Below, piece after piece: positions 40,232-49,832 of a DNA stretch of 64,000 bases. This DNA is from an uncultured Candidatus Sumerlaeota bacterium (GTDB taxonomy: Bacteria; Sumerlaeota; Sumerlaeia; MWCT01; JAUWMI01): assembly GCA_964454265.1 (NCBI GenBank), contig CAYVXD010000004.1, positions 2,409 to 66,408 of the forward strand. Reading direction: 5' to 3'. Each line of letters begins with the position of its first letter. Position 1 is the first letter of the stretch. The notes beneath the pieces were generated by a model. That model saw only the letters and a list, made by a program, of their open reading frames with translations. It was not told where the DNA came from and made no database searches. Both the position numbers and the translations under genes were made by a program.

Positions 40232-41355
40232 AGATCGCGCTGAATGCGCTTCAGGTGCGAGCTGCGAAAAGCGGAGTCGGCCACTACATCGCCTGCCTGC
40301 TTGAGGCGCTACTGGAAATTGATTCGACCAATTCGTATTTGGTCTTTGCCAGCCCCTATAATTATCTTAACTACCAATTCTGCTCGCCGGGCTATCAGCT
40401 CGAAATCTGGGGCAGCCGGTCCAAAAGCAAGACGGTGCGATTACTCTATGAATATGCTTTTCTCCCTTGTTCGGTGAGGAAGCGCGAGGTGGATCTATTT
40501 CACGGCCCATCTAATCTGCTTCCGTTACGCAAAGTCGCGCCGTATGTTCTCACAATTCATGACATGTCCTATTTTGTAGATCCAAAGCGTTATACGCGGA
40601 GGAAGGTCATGTACTGGCATGCGGTCACGTATCGCAGTGCTCGACTGGCAGATTACATCATTACCGACTCGGCGTATTCGAAGCAGGACATTGTAAAGTA
40701 TCTCAGCTATCCCTCAGATAGGATCAGGGTTATCCCAATGGCGGCGCACCGGCGGTTTCGCCCAATTCGTGATCGGGCTGCACTTGAGGGATTTCGAAGT
40801 CGCTATGGGCTGACGCATCCGTATATCTTGTGTGTGGGTACGTTGGAGCCTGGGAAGAATCTTGTGCGTGTGGTGCGTGCATTTGCGCGGCTGCGCGGGG
40901 CAGGAGCTGGCGACTATCACCTGTTGCTCGTTGGTGATAAGGGATGGCTCTACCATGATATTTTTGCTGAGGTACGGCGGCTTGGGTTGCAGGAGCAGGT
41001 ACGTTCGCTAGGACATATCCCGGATGACGACCTCCCGCTGGCTTATAATTGTGCTGAGATTTTTGTGTTTCCGTCGCTGAATGAAGGATTTGGCCTGCCG
41101 GTACTGGAGGCAATGGCATGTGGGGCGCCGGTGGTCACGTCAAATTGCTCGGCACTTCCTGAGGTCGCTGGTGATGCGGCCTGTCTGGTTGATCCTTACG
41201 ACGAAGCAGCCATTGCCAAAGGTATGGAAAGCGTGCTTGGCGATGTGCCGAAACGTGAGGAGCTGGTACAGAGAGGGCTAAAGCGGAGTACGGTCTTCAG
41301 CTGGAAGCGCACAGCTCGAGAAACTCTGGAAGTATATGAAGCAGTCGCTCAATAA
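40228..41355 (+). CDS. glycosyltransferase family 4
   Basis: [26 protein letters not shown] motif. Start MKIALNA at 40228 forms an ATGA overlap with the GT2 stop. The ORF track begins at 40204. Confidence 0.8.
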   Translation: MKIALNALQVRAAKSGVGHYIACLLEALLEIDSTNSYLVFASPYNYLNYQFCSPGYQLEIWGSRSKSKTVRLLYEYAFLPCSVRKREVDLFHGPSNLLPLRKVAPYVLTIHDMSYFVDPKRYTRRKVMYWHAVTYRSARLADYIITDSAYSKQDIVKYLSYPSDRIRVIPMAAHRRFRPIRDRAALEGFRSRYGLTHPYILCVGTLEPGKNLVRVVRAFARLRGAGAGDYHLLLVGDKGWLYHDIFAEVRRLGLQEQVRSLGHIPDDDLPLAYNCAEIFVFPSLNEGFGLPVLEAMACGAPVVTSNCSALPEVAGDAACLVDPYDEAAIAKGMESVLGDVPKREELVQRGLKRSTVFSWKRTARETLEVYEAVAQ

Positions 41356-41644
41356 AGCCCATAGAATGCAACGAAAACCTGTTTTTTTTGCTGAGTCCAG
41401 AAACCGGTAAAGTGAGCTCCGCAGCTGAAATAGTCAGTGGACGGCCTGCAAGAGCTGTTTTGTTGAGGGATCTGTTAGCGGGACTTTTTTTAAAAAATTA
41501 ATTATCTTGACAGCTCTTCTTCATTAGCAAAAATAAATTATTAGAAGGTGTAAAGAAGTTAGCTATAAGAGCTAAACCATAAAATTAGCTTTATAAAGTT
41601 GCGGACGTTCAGTACGTTAAGATAGATCCGAGACGTAGGCTAGA

Positions 41645-42778
41645 ATGAAAATTCACGAGTATCAGGCCAAAGCGATTCTCGAGTCCTTCGGTGCACCGGT
41701 GCCTGATGGCCAGGTGGCAACGTCGGCACGTGATGCGCGGAAGATCGCCGACCGCATCGGCTTCCCAGCGGTTGTAAAGGCGCAAGTGCATGTGGGTGGT
41801 CGTGGCAAAGCAGGCGGCGTGAAATTGGCTAACAATCTGGCTGAGATTGAGGCAGCTGCCGGTTCTATTCTTGGTATGTTGATCAAAGGAACAAAAGTCC
41901 ACAAAATCCTGATTGAAACGGCAGCTAATATTAATCATGAGTACTACATTGGAATCGTTATTGATCGGGCCAGGAAAAATCCAGTTATGATGGTCAGTGC
42001 CGCAGGGGGCGTGGATATTGAAGAAGTTGCGGCCAAAACACCGGAAAAGATTTTGAAAATCTACATCAAGCGCCAGCTCGGTATCCTGGCATTTCAAGTT
42101 CGCCAGGCGACATACTTCCTCGATCTGCCGCGCAGTACTGCAAAGTCATTTTCGCTTATTACAAAGGCCCTTTACGGCGCGTTTATGGCGAAGGACTGTT
42201 CACTGGCAGAGATAAATCCATTGGTGCTGACCAAAGATGGCGAGATGATGTGTTGCGATGCAAAAATGAACTTCGATGATAACGCACTCTGGCGCCATCC
42301 TGACATCGAGGCCATGCGCGACGAAGAAGAAGAGGAGCCTCTGGAAACAGCGGCAAGAAAGAAGCGAGTGAGCTATGTGAAGCTTAATGGGAATATTGGC
42401 TGCATCGTGAATGGTGCAGGCCTGGCTATGGCCACTATGGATATGGTGAAGCACTTTGGTGGCGAGCCAGCGAATTTCCTCGACATTGGCGGCGGCGCCA
42501 AGGCGGAGCAGGTGACCGAGGCGTTACGCATCGTTACCTCTGACCCGAATGTTAAAACCGTTCTCTTTAATATTTTTGGCGGGATTGTGCGATGCGACCT
42601 CGTGGCAAAGGGTATTCTTGAGGCACTGGCCACGCTTGACCTCACGCTTCCGATTGTCATTCGGCTGTCGGGGACAAACGAAGAAGAGGCACGCGCGATG
42701 CTGAAAGACACCGCGCTCCTTGCAATGCCCACCATGTCGGAAGCGGCAAAGGAGGCTGTGGAGGTCAGCCAGCGATGA
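41645..42778 (+). CDS. sucC: succinyl-CoA synthetase beta subunit
   Basis: 377 aa. ATP-grasp N-terminus [20 protein letters not shown]. Confidence 0.9.
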   Translation: MKIHEYQAKAILESFGAPVPDGQVATSARDARKIADRIGFPAVVKAQVHVGGRGKAGGVKLANNLAEIEAAAGSILGMLIKGTKVHKILIETAANINHEYYIGIVIDRARKNPVMMVSAAGGVDIEEVAAKTPEKILKIYIKRQLGILAFQVRQATYFLDLPRSTAKSFSLITKALYGAFMAKDCSLAEINPLVLTKDGEMMCCDAKMNFDDNALWRHPDIEAMRDEEEEEPLETAARKKRVSYVKLNGNIGCIVNGAGLAMATMDMVKHFGGEPANFLDIGGGAKAEQVTEALRIVTSDPNVKTVLFNIFGGIVRCDLVAKGILEALATLDLTLPIVIRLSGTNEEEARAMLKDTALLAMPTMSEAAKEAVEVSQR

Positions 42779-43653
42779 GTATTCTCGTGGATAAACAGAC
42801 ACGCTTACTCATTCAGGGCATTACAGGTAGTGAAGGCCAGTTTCACGGCGCCCAGATAATCGACTACGGAACCAATGTCGTGGGTGGCGTTACCCCCGGC
42901 AAAGGTGGACAACAGACCCTGGGGGTTGAGGTGTTTAATACCGTCAGGGAGGCAGTCGAGAAAACACAAGCGAACGCCAGTGTAGTATACGTTCCTGCGG
43001 GCTTTGCTGCGGATGCCGTGCTGGAGGCGATTGACGCGGGGATTAAGCTTATTGTCTGTATAACTGAGGGGATTCCTACTCTGCAAATGATTACGGTGTA
43101 CTGGGAAGCGAAAGTTAACAATGTGGTGCTAATCGGGCCGAACTGCCCGGGCGTGATTTCCCCCGGCAAAGCAAAGGTCGGCATCATGCCTGGACACATT
43201 CATCGTGAAGGGCGCATTGGCGTGGTATCGCGCAGTGGGACATTGACCTATGAGATCGTAAAGGAACTGACCACGGCAGGGCTCGGGCAATCAACGTGCA
43301 TTGGAATCGGAGGGGATCCGATTATTGGCACAACATTTGTAGATGCACTGACAATGTTTGAGTCCGACACGGAGACCGAGGCCGTGGTGTTGATTGGAGA
43401 GATCGGCGGTACGGATGAAGAGATTGCGGCTGACTATATCAAGCAGCACATGACGAAGCCGGTGGTGGGATTTGTTGCTGGCTTAACAGCTCCTCCGGGC
43501 AAGCGGATGGGTCATGCGGGGGCAATCATATCCGGAGGGAAAGGTACTGCCAGAGAAAAAATTGCAGCGCTCGAAGCTGCGGGAATTCCCGTTGCCAAGC
43601 GGCCCGATGAAATCGGCGAGCTGGTGAAAGAGGTACTAGCGAGGAAAGCGTAG
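42775..43653 (+). CDS. sucD: succinyl-CoA synthetase alpha subunit
   Basis: 292 aa. CoA-binding and CoA-ligase domains. Overlaps the sucC stop. Confidence 0.9.
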   Translation: MSILVDKQTRLLIQGITGSEGQFHGAQIIDYGTNVVGGVTPGKGGQQTLGVEVFNTVREAVEKTQANASVVYVPAGFAADAVLEAIDAGIKLIVCITEGIPTLQMITVYWEAKVNNVVLIGPNCPGVISPGKAKVGIMPGHIHREGRIGVVSRSGTLTYEIVKELTTAGLGQSTCIGIGGDPIIGTTFVDALTMFESDTETEAVVLIGEIGGTDEEIAADYIKQHMTKPVVGFVAGLTAPPGKRMGHAGAIISGGKGTAREKIAALEAAGIPVAKRPDEIGELVKEVLARKA

Positions 43654-43682
43654 TAGTGAACTGCGTGGCAAGGGAGACTATA

Positions 43683-43710
43683 GTAGAGGCAGATCATGAT
43701 CTGTCCCTAC
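43683..43710. repeat. 28-bp palindrome GTAGAGGC-AGATCATGATCT-GTCCCTAC
   Basis: Near-perfect dyad symmetry. Sits in the sucD-korD intergenic region. The same 12-bp core with sibling arms recurs at 49737-49764. Confidence 0.8.
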
Positions 43711-43777
43711 GCGGCGAACACGCAGTTAGAGCGAATAGAAGTGCAGAGTATTTAGCGCGCAGTAAAGGAGGTAGCGC

Positions 43778-44011
43778 GTGGCAAGGCCAAAGGATCAGAT
43801 TTTTCTGTGGATAAATCGCCGGTGGTGCAAACGCTGTGGTATTTGTGCGGCGGTGTGTCCCACGAAAGTCATTGAAATTGAGAAAAGCGGCTATCCAGTT
43901 CTTGAGCATATGGATAAGTGTATAGACTGCGGTATGTGTGTCATTATGTGTCCAGACTTTGCGATCTTCGATGATCAAGAGGATAAGAAGCTGCTGGCCA
44001 AGATTTTGTAA
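43778..44011 (+). CDS. korD: 2-oxoglutarate:ferredoxin oxidoreductase delta subunit (2x[4Fe-4S] ferredoxin)
   Basis: 77 aa with two CxxCxxCxxxCP motifs. Immediately upstream of korA. Confidence 0.7.
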   Translation: MARPKDQIFLWINRRWCKRCGICAAVCPTKVIEIEKSGYPVLEHMDKCIDCGMCVIMCPDFAIFDDQEDKKLLAKIL

Positions 44012-44053
44012 GCCGTGGCATCTGGGTGTTCTTAGGCGCGGAAAGAAAGGCGT

Positions 44054-45211
44054 ATGAGTAAGCAACCTGATGTGCGATTGATGCAGGGCAATGAAGCGTG
44101 TGCACGCGCTGCACTGCTGGCCGGGTGCCGATTTTTCGCAGGCTACCCCATTACTCCGTCATCGGAGATTGCAGAAGTTCTCTCGCGCGAACTTCCCATA
44201 GTGGGCGGGAAATTTATCCAGATGGAGGATGAGATTGCCAGTATGGCGGCAGTCATTGGCGCCTCACTGGCCGGCGTGAAATCCCTGACAGCGACCAGCG
44301 GCCCCGGCTTTTCGCTCAAGCAGGAAAACCTGGGCTATGCGTCATTTACCGAGGTGCCGTGTGTTATCGTTAATGTAATGCGGGGCGGCCCAAGTACTGG
44401 TCTACCAACGCTTACCTCTCAGGGCGACGTCATGCAGGCGAAATGGGGATCGCACGGCGACCATTCCGTGATTGCCCTGGCGCCCAGTTCGGTGAATGAA
44501 ACGATTGAGCTCACGATTCGCGCCTTCAATCTGGCAGAACAGTATCGGGTGCCCGTGGTGCTCCTGCTCGACGAAGTGGTTGGCCATATGCGGGAAAAGG
44601 TAGTCATGCCAGAGCCGGGCGATGTTACGCTAATCGAGCGCAAGAAGCCAACATGTCCCCCGGAAGAGTATCGCCCCTTTGAGAATACGCCTGACCTGGT
44701 TCCTCCTCTGGCAGTATTTGGAATTGGGTATCGTTTTCACGTGACCGGGTTGACACACGATGAGTTTGGATTCCCATCGAATAATCCGCAGGAGGCCACG
44801 GCCCTGCTCGACCGTCTTAAGAAAAAGCTCGAGCACAATAAGGATAAGATTTGTACTCTCAGAACATTTCAGTGTGAGGATCAGCCCGAGATTCTGCTGA
44901 TTTCCTATGGAAGCAGTGCCCGTGTTGCCAAACGCGCGGTTATCCAGGCTCGATCCGAAGGCCTCCGAGCAGGAATGGTACAGCTTCTTACCATCTGGCC
45001 GTTTCCTGACAAGCAGATAGAGACGCTTTGCCACTCGGCAAAAGCCGTGTTGGTCCCAGAACTCAATCAAGGCCAACTCATCTGCGAGATTGACCGCTAT
45101 GTGCCAACTGGAGTCCCTGTGGTTGGCGTTAATCGCTTCGACGGCAATTTAATAGAGCCTTCAGAGATTCTGGAGGTTGTCCGAAAGGTGGCAAACAAAG
45201 GATGTCTATAG
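44054..45211 (+). CDS. korA: 2-oxoglutarate:ferredoxin oxidoreductase alpha subunit
   Basis: 385 aa. Pyruvate-flavodoxin/ferredoxin oxidoreductase N-terminal domain. Confidence 0.85.
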   Translation: MSKQPDVRLMQGNEACARAALLAGCRFFAGYPITPSSEIAEVLSRELPIVGGKFIQMEDEIASMAAVIGASLAGVKSLTATSGPGFSLKQENLGYASFTEVPCVIVNVMRGGPSTGLPTLTSQGDVMQAKWGSHGDHSVIALAPSSVNETIELTIRAFNLAEQYRVPVVLLLDEVVGHMREKVVMPEPGDVTLIERKKPTCPPEEYRPFENTPDLVPPLAVFGIGYRFHVTGLTHDEFGFPSNNPQEATALLDRLKKKLEHNKDKICTLRTFQCEDQPEILLISYGSSARVAKRAVIQARSEGLRAGMVQLLTIWPFPDKQIETLCHSAKAVLVPELNQGQLICEIDRYVPTGVPVVGVNRFDGNLIEPSEILEVVRKVANKGCL

Positions 45212-46047
45212 TTCATAAATACTTGCGGACCAGGAAGAGATTTCCGCACGTCTGGTGTTCGGGGTGCTCGGATGGGATTGTGCTTGCTGCCCTCGCGCGG
45301 GCTATTCACAAGCTCCAGCTTCATCGCGACGACGTAGTTCTGGTGTCGGGCATCGGTTGTTCCTCACGAGCTCCGGTTTACGTGGATTTCAACACGTTGC
45401 ATACCACCCATGGACGTGCGCTTCCCTTTGCTACTGGCGTAAAAATTGCCAATCCGAAGCTGGAGATGGTTATCATTACAGGCGACGGCGATGCACTGGC
45501 TATTGGTGGCAATCATTTCATCCATACGTGCCGCCGCAATATTGACATGACGGCGATCGTGTTTAACAATTATATCTATGGCATGACGGGAGGACAGGTT
45601 TCGCCCACCACACCGTTTGGGAAAATGGCATCTACAAGTCCTTACGGCAGCACTGACAATCCGATGCCTGTATGTGAACTGGCCATTGCAGCTGGTGCGA
45701 CGTTCGTGGCCCGGGCCACTGCATACCATGCGCGGCAGCTCGATATGCTGATCGAAAAGGGCATCAAACATAAGGGCTTTTCGGTGATTGAGGTGATGAG
45801 TACCTGCCCAACGATTTATGGGCGTCTGAACAAGCTTGGTAACCCTACACAAATGCTCCTCTGGCAAAAGAGCAACGCCATGTCGGTACAGTCATGGCAA
45901 AAGCTGTCCACTGAAGAGGAGAAACAACAGGCCAAGGAGGAAAAGATCATCACCGGCGTCCTTCACGAAACTGAAAAGCCAGAGTATACTGAAGAGTATC
46001 AGAAGATAATTGACCGGTACCAGACGAAGGAGTTTGAACGCGTATGA
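45202..46047 (+). CDS. korB: 2-oxoglutarate:ferredoxin oxidoreductase beta subunit (TPP-binding)
   Basis: 281 aa. TPP-binding GDG...N motif (ITGDGDALAIGGNHF). Confidence 0.85.
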   Translation: MSIVHKYLRTRKRFPHVWCSGCSDGIVLAALARAIHKLQLHRDDVVLVSGIGCSSRAPVYVDFNTLHTTHGRALPFATGVKIANPKLEMVIITGDGDALAIGGNHFIHTCRRNIDMTAIVFNNYIYGMTGGQVSPTTPFGKMASTSPYGSTDNPMPVCELAIAAGATFVARATAYHARQLDMLIEKGIKHKGFSVIEVMSTCPTIYGRLNKLGNPTQMLLWQKSNAMSVQSWQKLSTEEEKQQAKEEKIITGVLHETEKPEYTEEYQKIIDRYQTKEFERV

Positions 46048-46607
46048 GCGATCGCTATGAAGTGCGCCTCAGTGGAGCGGGTGGACAGGGCTTGATCCTG
46101 GCAGGGATTATTCTGGCTGAGGCGGTCGGCATTTTCGATGGGAAAAACGTCACGCAAACCCAGAGCTATGGCCCGGAAGCGCGTGGCGGAGCTAGCAAGT
46201 CGGATGTGGTGATCAGCGGTGAAGAAATTGATTATCCCAAAGCCGAGGAACTTGATGTGCTGCTGGCGTTGACCCAGGAGTCGTATGAAACGTACAGAGG
46301 TAATCTCAAACCCGGTGGCTTGCTCATTGTTGATAGCGAGCGAGTAAAACTGGGCGATGATGTTGGGGAAAATGTGAAGGTATTTGCTGCTCCTATGTCA
46401 AAAGTCGCGCGTGAGCAGGTCGGCCGAGAACTGGTGACTAACATTGTCTCGCTGGGGGTAATTGCTGAGTTGACTTCAATTGTCACCCAGAAATCACTCG
46501 AAAAGGCCGTACTTCAAAAGGTTCCGCGCGGCACGGAAGAGCTGAACAAAAAGGCCTTGACCGCAGGATATACGCTGGCCCAGAAGAGCTCAGTTTCTAC
46601 GTCGTGA
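46044..46607 (+). CDS. korC: 2-oxoacid:ferredoxin oxidoreductase gamma subunit
   Basis: 187 aa. GAGGQG N-terminus typical of gamma subunits. Confidence 0.8.
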   Translation: MSDRYEVRLSGAGGQGLILAGIILAEAVGIFDGKNVTQTQSYGPEARGGASKSDVVISGEEIDYPKAEELDVLLALTQESYETYRGNLKPGGLLIVDSERVKLGDDVGENVKVFAAPMSKVAREQVGRELVTNIVSLGVIAELTSIVTQKSLEKAVLQKVPRGTEELNKKALTAGYTLAQKSSVSTS

Positions 46608-46974
46608 AGCAACTGCACAGATAAGCAATACCGTTTCCCGAATGCTTTATTTCCACGTTTAACCGTCCGTCCTTTTGAAATTTCTGGGATCTCCCCTTCC
46701 CAATATTTGCAGGCGAATCAATTGACGTGATCAGGTGTGTGTTAGAGCTGACCAGATGAAAGAGGGCGCCATACGGATGCGTGCTATGGCACATACGAAT
46801 GGGCGTCTTGACGAGGCAGTGAAGTGAGTCGGACCGTGGCAGAGAGTGCGAGGCTCCGCCGCACGGAACTGCATTGCTGCGAGAAGAGAATATCAAGGCT
46901 ACGTGAGCAGTGCTACGGGTAGTAATTGTGCCAGGTGAGAGACACGTAGACTTGGCGCGAGGAGATAGGATGTG

Positions 46975-47364
46975 CTACCGGGATTTTTGCTGTTTCTTTT
47001 CTAACCAAGCGGCAAGGCCGATGTGTTGAATTTCTTCCAAATTTGTCCGCGATTGGCCGTAGGATACGAGATGATCGTTGTAGAAAATATCGAGTTTTTC
47101 GCACACATACTCTGGGCATTCATGGCAAAAGGTAATTGCTTTTGCTCTGGCACAGCGGCGAATTTCGCAATTCCTCCCGTAGCAGCTGGCATCGTCGCTA
47201 TTGCATCCCTCACAGACAATGTTTACATGGAGTGTGGTGGTTGAGGACTCGCCACGGCTGGATTGCGTATTGCTGTCCTGCTGGCCCGGCTCTTTTGGGT
47301 GACAGGCAAGATAAATCGCGCATTCTGCACAGTATAATCCACAATAACCTACCGGAATCTTCAT
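46975..47364 (-). CDS. DUF3795 cysteine-rich protein
   Basis: 129 aa. GYCGLYCAECAIY and a C-terminal CHECPEYVC cysteine cluster. Confidence 0.55.
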   Translation of the reverse strand: MKIPVGYCGLYCAECAIYLACHPKEPGQQDSNTQSSRGESSTTTLHVNIVCEGCNSDDASCYGRNCEIRRCARAKAITFCHECPEYVCEKLDIFYNDHLVSYGQSRTNLEEIQHIGLAAWLEKKQQKSR

Positions 47365-47396
47365 TCGTCATTTCTCCCCTATGATTATGATCCCTA

Positions 47397-47424
47397 CCAT
47401 TGACTATGTGCCATTGACTATGTG
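47397..47424. promoter_or_regulatory. tandem 14-bp duplication ccattgactatgtg x2 in a divergent promoter region
   Basis: Exact adjacent copies at 47397-47410 and 47411-47424, between DUF3795 (minus strand) and DUF72 (plus strand). Confidence 0.5.
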
Positions 47425-47608
47425 ATGTTATTTATCACAGAAAACCGAGGATGGCAAGCTCAGATTCCAGTATTGGGGCATGTGTTTGGGAGTTTTTCTG
47501 GTCGTGCCTCCGAGGGTGATCACACGCTGGATGATTTTTTGTTTATTTTCTTGCTTCTGCAACACGAAAGCGGTTTAAATAAGACGTTATGTGCTGGAGC
47601 ACTGATCT

Positions 47609-48514
47609 ATGAAGCGAGAGTCAACAAAGCTTTACGTTGGAACAGCCGGGTGGTCGTACAAGGATTGGTGCGGGATCGTGTATCCCGACCCACGGCCCCG
47701 AGGGTTTTCCGAACCGCTCTATCTGGCTCAGTTTTTCAACGTTATTGAGATCAACGCCTCGTTTTATCAGATCCCATCAGTAAAAATGACAGAACGCTGG
47801 GCCAGGCTTGTAAGCGACGTCCCGGATTTCCTTTATGTGATGAAGCTATGGCAGGGTTTCACACATGACCGCTCCCTGCTGGAGGAAGACTCGGTTGGGA
47901 GTTTTCGGACTGCCCTTCAACCCCTTGTTGATACGCATCGGCTGGGTTGTGTGCTGGTGCAGTTTCCGTGGTCATTTCGCTACACACCGCAACATTGGGA
48001 CTGGGTGAGACAATTGGTCGAGGTCTTTAGTTCCTATCCCCTGGCGATAGAGATGCGCCATGCCAGCTGGGTGCGCGATAAATATCTTAATTTTCTTAAA
48101 GGAGCAAGCGTGGCATTTTGCAATATTGATCAGCCGCAATTTGGCGACTCTCTACCCCCCTCAGATTATGCCACGGCAGAGCACGCGTACGTGCGGCTAC
48201 ATGGTCGCAATAAAGCAATGTGGTTTCAGCAAAACGTTGGAGTGAATGAACGCTATAATTATCTCTATCGGAGTGATGAGCTGCAGGGTTGGGTGGAGAT
48301 CATCCGGCGGCTTCTCGGTATAGTGCGGCGCGTCTTTGTGATCACAAATAATCATTTCCGCGGCCAGGCGGTCTGTAATGCCCTTCAATTGAAGGCCGCT
48401 CTGGAAGAACGGAAGATCTCGATTCCCGCGCATCTCACCGCCAACTTTCCTCCCCTCACTAGTATTGCCCTACCCGAGACAATGGGTAAAGATACGCAGC
48501 TCGAACTATTCTGA
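47609..48514 (+). CDS. DUF72 (UPF0759) family protein
   Basis: 301 aa. LYVGTAGWSYKDW N-terminal signature. Confidence 0.8.
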   Translation: MKRESTKLYVGTAGWSYKDWCGIVYPDPRPRGFSEPLYLAQFFNVIEINASFYQIPSVKMTERWARLVSDVPDFLYVMKLWQGFTHDRSLLEEDSVGSFRTALQPLVDTHRLGCVLVQFPWSFRYTPQHWDWVRQLVEVFSSYPLAIEMRHASWVRDKYLNFLKGASVAFCNIDQPQFGDSLPPSDYATAEHAYVRLHGRNKAMWFQQNVGVNERYNYLYRSDELQGWVEIIRRLLGIVRRVFVITNNHFRGQAVCNALQLKAALEERKISIPAHLTANFPPLTSIALPETMGKDTQLELF

Positions 48515-48587
48515 CCTGTCTTTCCTTACCAGAGTGCTTATTGTGATCAAATTGCCGGCGTACGCCATAGTCACACCTGGCGAGGTA

Positions 48588-49694
48588 CTAGCGCACGAGA
48601 AAGAAGAAAAGAAAGAGGATGAATAAGGTGTAGTAGATGAATTCTGGGTATATAAAAAAACCAACCGCAATCAAGACTAGTAAAGGGGGAAACATCATCC
48701 TAACTAATGCCGGCACGGTGGTTCGTATCTCCTGTTCATACCAGTGTGCCTGGCGGTTCATCAGCTCGCTGGTGGAGGCCGAGTATTCTCCTGCCTTGAT
48801 CATGCTGAGCGCCTCGCGCTTTATGACCCCAGTCAGCGCGAGTGTATCATGAATCTTCTCGCCTGCACTTAGATAATACTCGCGTTCCAGTAATGCTTTT
48901 TCTATCGCCTTATTGTTTGTGGACTCCGCGGCAGTGCGATATGCCATATTAAGATTCATACCCGAGTCGAGAGTGATAGCGAACATCCGGAAAAATGTCG
49001 CCACAGAATAGTTGTGCATCATCGAGCCCCAGATGGGGGTTTTCAATATGATGCGATCTATTACGGTTTTGATTCTTGGCTCCCGGAGTAGCTGAGCAAG
49101 GACAAAAGCAAAAAGCAGAACGTAGAGCACGCCGCTGAAGTACCGGCCTAATACGAAAATCGCAGACGATAGTTCAAATGCCTTTTGGTCGATACTGCTA
49201 ATAATGATGCTTGTAGCGGCGAATATAAGCAGCCCTAAGAGCAAGACTACGATGGGATACCAGATGACTGAGAGGACAACGCGGCGCAATTCTAGTGCCC
49301 AGAGATGGTGCCGCGCAAGAATGTCAAGCACCGAGAGAAGCGAGCCTGATTTCTCCCCCACAACAATACTTTTTGCAAAGAAGGGCGAGAATATCCGCTG
49401 TCTGGACACGGCCTCTTCGAGTGACATTCCTTTGGCGCAATCCCGAGCCATGGCACGGCAGGCCTGCTTCAGGCGGTAGTTGCGCGAGTTCTCTTCAAGG
49501 ATAGTCAGAGTATTGATCATTGGAAAGCCGGCACTCAGCAGAGAGCGGAGCTGCAGGCAGAAGTAGTAAATGTCACGCTGGGAGGGGCCAAAAAGGCCTA
49601 GTGAGAGAAGTGCCGAGAGTTTCCGGCGTCGGCCCTTGAGATGCCTCGGCAGCACAGGTTTGCGGCGAGCAGAATTGCGAGGTGTTTGTGGCAT
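48588..49694 (-). CDS. GspF/PilC-family platform protein paralog (solitary)
   Basis: 368 aa with two T2SSF domains and an Arg-rich N-terminal extension. No ATPase, pilin or secretin genes are adjacent. Confidence 0.7.
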   Translation of the reverse strand: MPQTPRNSARRKPVLPRHLKGRRRKLSALLSLGLFGPSQRDIYYFCLQLRSLLSAGFPMINTLTILEENSRNYRLKQACRAMARDCAKGMSLEEAVSRQRIFSPFFAKSIVVGEKSGSLLSVLDILARHHLWALELRRVVLSVIWYPIVVLLLGLLIFAATSIIISSIDQKAFELSSAIFVLGRYFSGVLYVLLFAFVLAQLLREPRIKTVIDRIILKTPIWGSMMHNYSVATFFRMFAITLDSGMNLNMAYRTAAESTNNKAIEKALLEREYYLSAGEKIHDTLALTGVIKREALSMIKAGEYSASTSELMNRQAHWYEQEIRTTVPALVRMMFPPLLVLIAVGFFIYPEFIYYTLFILFLFFFLVR

Positions 49695-49736
49695 GATTCC
49701 TCGCGGGTGCTAAGGACCGTGTTTCTTTTAGGAGTT

Positions 49737-49764
49737 GTAGGGGCAGATCATGATCTGCTCCTAC
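49737..49764. repeat. 28-bp palindrome GTAGGGGC-AGATCATGATCT-GCTCCTAC
   Basis: Sibling of 43683-43710. Lies 43 bp upstream of the GspF-like start codon. Confidence 0.8.
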
Positions 49765-49832
49765 TTTGGTATTGTATTTGTGGCATATTGCCATGTGCAC
49801 AAGATGTCAGATGTCGTTCCTTACGAATATTA

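Noticed and set aside
46597-46896. 99-aa minus-strand ORF between korC and DUF3795
   Set aside because: Low-complexity and unconserved composition, with no RBS. It probably represents non-coding intergenic DNA.
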